Translations under genes and position numbers: made by a program | From: an uncultured Candidatus Binatia bacterium | Lineage (GTDB): Bacteria > Desulfobacterota > Binatia > Bin18 | Assembly: GCA_965200965.1 (NCBI GenBank) | Contig: OZ241744.1 | Location: 2,752,001 to 2,816,000, forward strand | Reading direction: 5' to 3' | Length of the DNA stretch: 64,000 nt | The notes under the pieces: generated by a model | Told to the model about the DNA's origin: nothing | The model's input: the letters and a program-made list of their open reading frames with translations, nothing else | The model's database searches: none | Shown here: positions 59,293 to 64,000 of the stretch, in pieces | Layout of the letters: every line of letters starts with the position of its first letter | Position numbering within the stretch: position 1 is the stretch's first letter

Positions 59293-59991
59293 ATGGAGTT
59301 ATTGCACAAGAGAAGAGTGTACCAGGTGTGTTTTGCCCTCGCGTTGTCTGGGTGCTCAGTAAGTACAGCACCGAGTTCAAATCCAAGCCCCGGCCCGCCG
59401 CCCTCTTCGGCCTTGCCGCCCCCGGCTGCTCCCACTCCCCCGGAACTCCAGACGAATTACCAGAATGACCCATCGCTGACCCGAGGGGAGAAAGTCAAGC
59501 GCATGGACCGGGCACTGTCCCGTTCGCTCAATACGTTTGACGACCGCCGGAATGCGGCCGCGCAGGATGGTGGGAGACCTTCTTCCGTCACAGCCGGGAA
59601 CGCCACGGGTTCGAGCGACATGCCCGAGGCGAGCTTGGGCGGGTCGATCGCCTCTTCCGAAATATCTGGAACCGAAGTGCTGTCGCAGGTCCCAGGCGGC
59701 CCGGCTGTCGGCGCACCACCGCTCACCGACGTGACGGGGGTAGACCCGGCCTTGGGCATCCCGCCGACCTCTGACGGGATGGAAGCACCGAACAGGAACC
59801 CCACACGGATACTCGGACGCCAGCCGGTCCCTGGCAGCGGCCAGTTGCCGAAAGACATTCCCGCCGCCGACAACGACAGCGTCCTTGAGGCGCAGATCCG
59901 TGCGGCGGCAATGCAGGAACAAGATCCGCAGATGCGGGAACGCCTATGGAACGAATACCGCCGATACAAGGGTCTGCCGCTCAAAGAATAA
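59293..59991 (+). CDS. Pro-rich lipoprotein
   Basis: ALALSGC lipobox; disordered middle; helical C-terminus DSVLEAQIR.AA..E.DP..R..LW.EY. Confidence 0.75.
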   Translation: MELLHKRRVYQVCFALALSGCSVSTAPSSNPSPGPPPSSALPPPAAPTPPELQTNYQNDPSLTRGEKVKRMDRALSRSLNTFDDRRNAAAQDGGRPSSVTAGNATGSSDMPEASLGGSIASSEISGTEVLSQVPGGPAVGAPPLTDVTGVDPALGIPPTSDGMEAPNRNPTRILGRQPVPGSGQLPKDIPAADNDSVLEAQIRAAAMQEQDPQMRERLWNEYRRYKGLPLKE

Positions 59992-60017
59992 GCGCGGTTC
60001 GGTGCCCGATAGGACTC

Positions 60018-61274
60018 GTGAAGAAACTGACCGTCTACCTGGTGTGCGTCGCCCTCACCCTATCGGGCTGCGCCGCAAATCCAGTCTTGAGCCCGGGTCA
60101 GAGCGTTGGATTGCCGCCCTCCTCCACTCTGGCTGACACGCCCGCGCCGAAAAGACGAACCGTCTCAACCAATCGAGAGAAAGACAAGACGAATCGTCTT
60201 TTGAGTCAGAAACCCAGACTGGACATCATCATCCCGGTCTTTGACCCCGGGCTTGAGGGCACATCCGCCAAGGACGAGGTATGGCCGGAACTGCGGCGGG
60301 CTGAAGCCAACCGCTTTGCCCACAAGCTGAAACTGGCCCTTGAAGAAACCGGTACCTTCGGGGCCGTGCGCGTCACCCCCGACACAACTGCGACCGGCGA
60401 CCTGTACGTCATGGGCCGCATTCACGAGTCGACCGGCGAGCGGGTTGAAATCGGCCTGGAAGTACGCGATATTTCCGGTGCGGCCTGGTCTGGCCGGTCC
60501 TTCGCTCATACGGTGGACAACCGCTTCCATAAAAATATTCGTCACAAGGGCCAGGACCCCTACGACCCGGTGTTCAGGAGTGCCGCCCAGTATCTCGTCC
60601 AACAACTCCAGCAGCGGCCGGCTGCCGACCTGGAACAGCTCAAAATGCTGACCGACCTCCGCTTTGGTGTCAGCCTCGCCGAGGAAGCCTTCTCTGAGCA
60701 TCTCAAGCAAGATGACGGCAGCTTCGCCCTCGCCAGTTATCCCAGCAGCGCTGACCCCATGCTGCGGAGAACCAGGGCCATTCGCGTCCGCGATCAGCTT
60801 TTTGTTGATGATCTGCAAGAGCACTACCGGTTGTTCAGCGAGAAGATGAACACCAGCTACCTGGTCTGGCAAGAACAGAGCCTGGCCGAAGTCGAGGCCG
60901 AGAGACAGACCAGGCGCAAAGCCCTCGTCCAGGGGCTTGCCGGCGCGGTGCTGCTTGGGCTTGGCGTGGCTGGTATCGCTATGGCCCCCCAGGGCAACCT
61001 CGGTACCGTGGCGACAACCGCCGGCTTGGCCAGTGGTGTGGCCGGCGCGGTCATGCTGGGCAAGAGCTTTCAGACCAGCAAAGAAGCCAAGGTCCACCGT
61101 GACGCGCTCAACGAGCTTGGCGAGTCGATTGACGTTGAGCTTGCCTCTCAGGTCGTCGCGTTTGAGAAAGACACGGAGAAGCTGACTGGGACGGCAAAAG
61201 AACAGTTCGGTCAGTGGCGCGCCTTTCTCAAGAAAATCTACCAACAAGAACGAACTCCGGAGGTGGAACTCTAA
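60018..61274 (+). CDS. Hypothetical lipoprotein
   Basis: GTG start MKKLTVYLVCVALTLSGC; long ORF with glycine-rich hydrophobic hairpin near C-terminus. Confidence 0.75.
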   Translation: MKKLTVYLVCVALTLSGCAANPVLSPGQSVGLPPSSTLADTPAPKRRTVSTNREKDKTNRLLSQKPRLDIIIPVFDPGLEGTSAKDEVWPELRRAEANRFAHKLKLALEETGTFGAVRVTPDTTATGDLYVMGRIHESTGERVEIGLEVRDISGAAWSGRSFAHTVDNRFHKNIRHKGQDPYDPVFRSAAQYLVQQLQQRPAADLEQLKMLTDLRFGVSLAEEAFSEHLKQDDGSFALASYPSSADPMLRRTRAIRVRDQLFVDDLQEHYRLFSEKMNTSYLVWQEQSLAEVEAERQTRRKALVQGLAGAVLLGLGVAGIAMAPQGNLGTVATTAGLASGVAGAVMLGKSFQTSKEAKVHRDALNELGESIDVELASQVVAFEKDTEKLTGTAKEQFGQWRAFLKKIYQQERTPEVEL

Positions 61275-61327
61275 CAAGGTGAACGAGGCCCTCTCCTTGG
61301 GGAGTTCACCTTGCCTGGAGCGCAGGA

Positions 61328-62824
61328 ATGCTGGACGAGCGGCTCGCCGGCGCGAATCGCCAAGCGCAGAAAAGATGGATCAAAGCAGCCGTGGCAGTGC
61401 TCATCGGCCTGTCGGGCTTCGGCTTGTGGTTCATGGAAATGTTTATGGAACGCGAGCCGCCGGCCGTCCCTCCGTCTGCAATCCAGGACTTTGGCGCACG
61501 GGCCGAGGCCGACCAGCCTGTGCAGCCAATCGACGCAGACCCCCGGGAAGGCTTTAAGCAGACCTTGGGCGAGTATGTGCGTGAAGCCGAACCGGTCGTC
61601 CGCAGCCCAGAGTTTGCAAACTGGGACGCGCCTGCCCAGCGCGACTTGGTGGCAATGAAGGCAGCCGCGGTGCAGACCTTCGGCGAGGGCCGGCACGCAG
61701 ACGCCCTGTTCCAGATTGAAGCGCTGCTTGAAAAGGCGCGCAGCACCCTGCGGCGGCGCGAAGCCGCTTTCACCACCGCGCTTTCGGCTGCGGACGCCAG
61801 CCTCGGACAAGACAACTACGCAGACGCTCTCCTGCACATACGCGAGGCTCTGCGCATCAAGCCGGAATCATCGGAGGCCCTGCGTCTCCAGGCCGAAATT
61901 GAGCGATTACCACAAGTGCTGGCTCACCTCAAAGCTGCCCAGGTGGCAAAGCTGGAGAACAATACGCAAGCGGAACTGCATGCCCTTCAGCAGCTCGTCA
62001 CGCTTGATCCATCCCGTTCGGCTGCCCGGAGTCGTCTGGCCAGCCTGAGGGGAGCGGTGCAGGACGACCGCTACCGTGCGCAGATTGCGCGCGGCCTTGC
62101 GGCCTTGGAGAAGAACGATCTCGACACGGCCCACAGCCATCTCGCCCAAGCCCGGCAGCTCTTTCCGAATCGGACCGAAACCGCCCTGCTGGCAAAACAG
62201 GTGGACGATCTCGACCGCGCCCGGCAGGTCGAAGGTCTGCTCCAGAACGCCAGCGCTGCGGCCCAGGCGGACGACTGGCAGACGGCCGCTCGCGCCTATC
62301 AACGGGTGGAGGCGCTGCGGCCCGGCCACGCGCTCGCGCTCCAGGGCCGCCAGACAGCCGAGCGCATCCTCTCCCTGCTCAGCGCCGTCAGGGCCCACCT
62401 CGGCGCTCCTCACCGGCTGTCTTCGCCAAACATTGCCGCTCAGGCCCAAGAGTTGATTGAGCAGAGCAGGGAAGCCGGGCGGAACAGCCCGGAACTCGCC
62501 GTCCGGGCCTCAGAACTCCAACAGGTGCTGGCGCGCTATTCCAGGCAGGTCCCGGTTCGGATCGTTTCCGACGGAAAGACAAATATTGCAGTCAGGGGAG
62601 TTGGCCGGGTCGGGGCTGTGCTCTCAAAGCTGATCCATCTCAAGCCGGGCGCGTACAAATTCGAGGGCAGGCGGAGCGGGTATAAATCGGTGATCGTGAC
62701 CAGGCTGATAGGATTAGAGGAGGCTCAGGATGGGGGAAGAGGGAGTGCGAATCCTGCAATCCATAACCCTGCCCATAATCCAGAAATCCCGGTCGTTGAA
62801 ATTGTGTGCGATGAGCCGATTTGA
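61328..62824 (+). CDS. Membrane-anchored TPR-like protein
   Basis: N-terminal TM, helical repeats, C-terminal beta domain. Confidence 0.7.
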   Translation: MLDERLAGANRQAQKRWIKAAVAVLIGLSGFGLWFMEMFMEREPPAVPPSAIQDFGARAEADQPVQPIDADPREGFKQTLGEYVREAEPVVRSPEFANWDAPAQRDLVAMKAAAVQTFGEGRHADALFQIEALLEKARSTLRRREAAFTTALSAADASLGQDNYADALLHIREALRIKPESSEALRLQAEIERLPQVLAHLKAAQVAKLENNTQAELHALQQLVTLDPSRSAARSRLASLRGAVQDDRYRAQIARGLAALEKNDLDTAHSHLAQARQLFPNRTETALLAKQVDDLDRARQVEGLLQNASAAAQADDWQTAARAYQRVEALRPGHALALQGRQTAERILSLLSAVRAHLGAPHRLSSPNIAAQAQELIEQSREAGRNSPELAVRASELQQVLARYSRQVPVRIVSDGKTNIAVRGVGRVGAVLSKLIHLKPGAYKFEGRRSGYKSVIVTRLIGLEEAQDGGRGSANPAIHNPAHNPEIPVVEIVCDEPI

Positions 62825-64000
62825 GCAACGTATTCAAAGCGCCCGACAATACCAACGTAGCCGCTACTCGACCATCGCCCTTGTTCTGGCGTGCGGCGTC
62901 CTGATTGTCGCTCTCACTGTTGTCTATGCGACCGGAACATCGGTCAGGATCGCGCCGCCGGACGCGGCCCGGGCCGGCTCCGTCAGCGTTGAGGACGGCA
63001 TTGCAGTGGCCGTCTCGGGCGTGGTCTATGCCCTCAGTTCGCAGCCTGTAGTCGCTGTGAGTGCGCCGGGCTTCAGACCCGCCCGCCGTCAGATTCAGTC
63101 CCATGAACGGGGCGGCGTGATCAACATCATCCTTCAAGAACTCCCCGCCCGCCTGCTGGCTTCAACCAGCCCGGCGGCCCAAGGCACGCGCTGGTCCGTC
63201 AACGATACCCTGCTGGCCACGGGTAGCCGGTTTGAGCGAGAACTCATGCCAGGAGCATACCGGATTGGCGTCAATCATCCCTATTACGCTCCTGCCGAAC
63301 AGCAACTCACTCTTGGCCGTGGTGAACAGCGTGAACTCGACATCCCCCTCCGGGCTGTGGCCGGCGAACTCGTCATTGAGTCCCTGCCGGCCGGCGCAAC
63401 GGTCAGGCTCGACGGCGTTGAGGCCGGCACTACGCCCTTCCGTCGCAGCCTCGCCGGTGGGCAGCATCAGCTCGAGGTGTCGCTCGACGGGTATGCGCAC
63501 ATCTCCGAACATGTTGAGGTGACGAACACCGCGGCCTTGGTCACACGCTCCTATCGCCTTCGGCGGCCAAGCGCAACCCTGGCCTTTGAGATCAGTCCGC
63601 CGGGCGGCACTCTTCTTGTCAACGGAAAAAAGATAAACCCCGTTCAGCACTACGGCGTGCCGGCCAACACCCAGCTTGATGTCACCTATCTCAGCCCAGG
63701 CTACACCAGACTGACCCGCATGGTGCTTGCCCGGGCCGGGCAGACCACCCGCGTTCAACTGCACTTGCAGCCCGAGTTCGGCCGGGTAGACATCCGCTCC
63801 CGGCCCCCGGCCCGCGTCTTCATTGACGGGACGGACAAAGGGATGACGCCGCTGAGCCTGAACTTGGCCGCCAAACCCCACACACTCTCCCTCAGACGCC
63901 GGGGCTACCGGACGATTGACAAACGGATCACGCCGTCAAGTTCCCACACAACGGTGATAGACGAAACCTTGGCGACCGAGTTGGCGGCACGTCTGGCGGA
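62811..64000 (+). CDS. PEGA-repeat membrane protein (runs off window)
   Basis: Manual translation MSRFEQRI...TM...ESLPAGATVRLDG..GTTP......G.H.LEVSLDGY and SRPPARVFIDG..GMTPL. Confidence 0.8.
   Translation, partial: MSRFEQRIQSARQYQRSRYSTIALVLACGVLIVALTVVYATGTSVRIAPPDAARAGSVSVEDGIAVAVSGVVYALSSQPVVAVSAPGFRPARRQIQSHERGGVINIILQELPARLLASTSPAAQGTRWSVNDTLLATGSRFERELMPGAYRIGVNHPYYAPAEQQLTLGRGEQRELDIPLRAVAGELVIESLPAGATVRLDGVEAGTTPFRRSLAGGQHQLEVSLDGYAHISEHVEVTNTAALVTRSYRLRRPSATLAFEISPPGGTLLVNGKKINPVQHYGVPANTQLDVTYLSPGYTRLTRMVLARAGQTTRVQLHLQPEFGRVDIRSRPPARVFIDGTDKGMTPLSLNLAAKPHTLSLRRRGYRTIDKRITPSSSHTTVIDETLATELAARLA

Noticed and set aside
1-64000. tRNA/rRNA genes, transposases, integrases, cas genes
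   Set aside because: None recognised in the window.

Overview
GC-rich bacterial chromosomal window. The gene content (prfB-lnt-ybeY-phoH-alaS-recX, PAC2, UGSC protein, several decayed genes) would fit a deltaproteobacterial/Binatia-like, possibly host-associated lineage, but that is inference only. 1-15 kb is a minus-strand Tad/Flp pilus locus: TadD-like lipoprotein, di-haem cytochrome c peroxidase-like gene, sensor kinase, TadE/F/G, Flp, CpaC secretin and CpaE. It is interrupted by ten copies of an uncharacterised small membrane-anchored coiled-coil gene, made up of an 8-gene tandem array plus 2 related copies, all built from shuffled 7- and 11-aa modules. 15-40 kb is mostly housekeeping and metabolic genes. 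It includes an ECF sigma factor next to a zinc anti-sigma/O6-alkylguanine transferase/Ada-Zn fusion and an ATL gene, a collapsed rimO, and a recX disrupted by a 28-bp duplication plus 32-bp insert that resembles an ectopic CRISPR spacer integration. 41-50 kb holds defence-like genes (RecD2-like helicase-nuclease, DUF1156-type methyltransferase, putative endonuclease). After that come a UGA-readthrough selenoprotein cluster, fmt/def/priA, aroK/aroB and a lipoprotein/TPR/PEGA cluster. A ~35-bp palindromic repeat family is dispersed across 30-60 kb, including in-frame inside genes. All calls come from motif recognition by eye; no searches were run.
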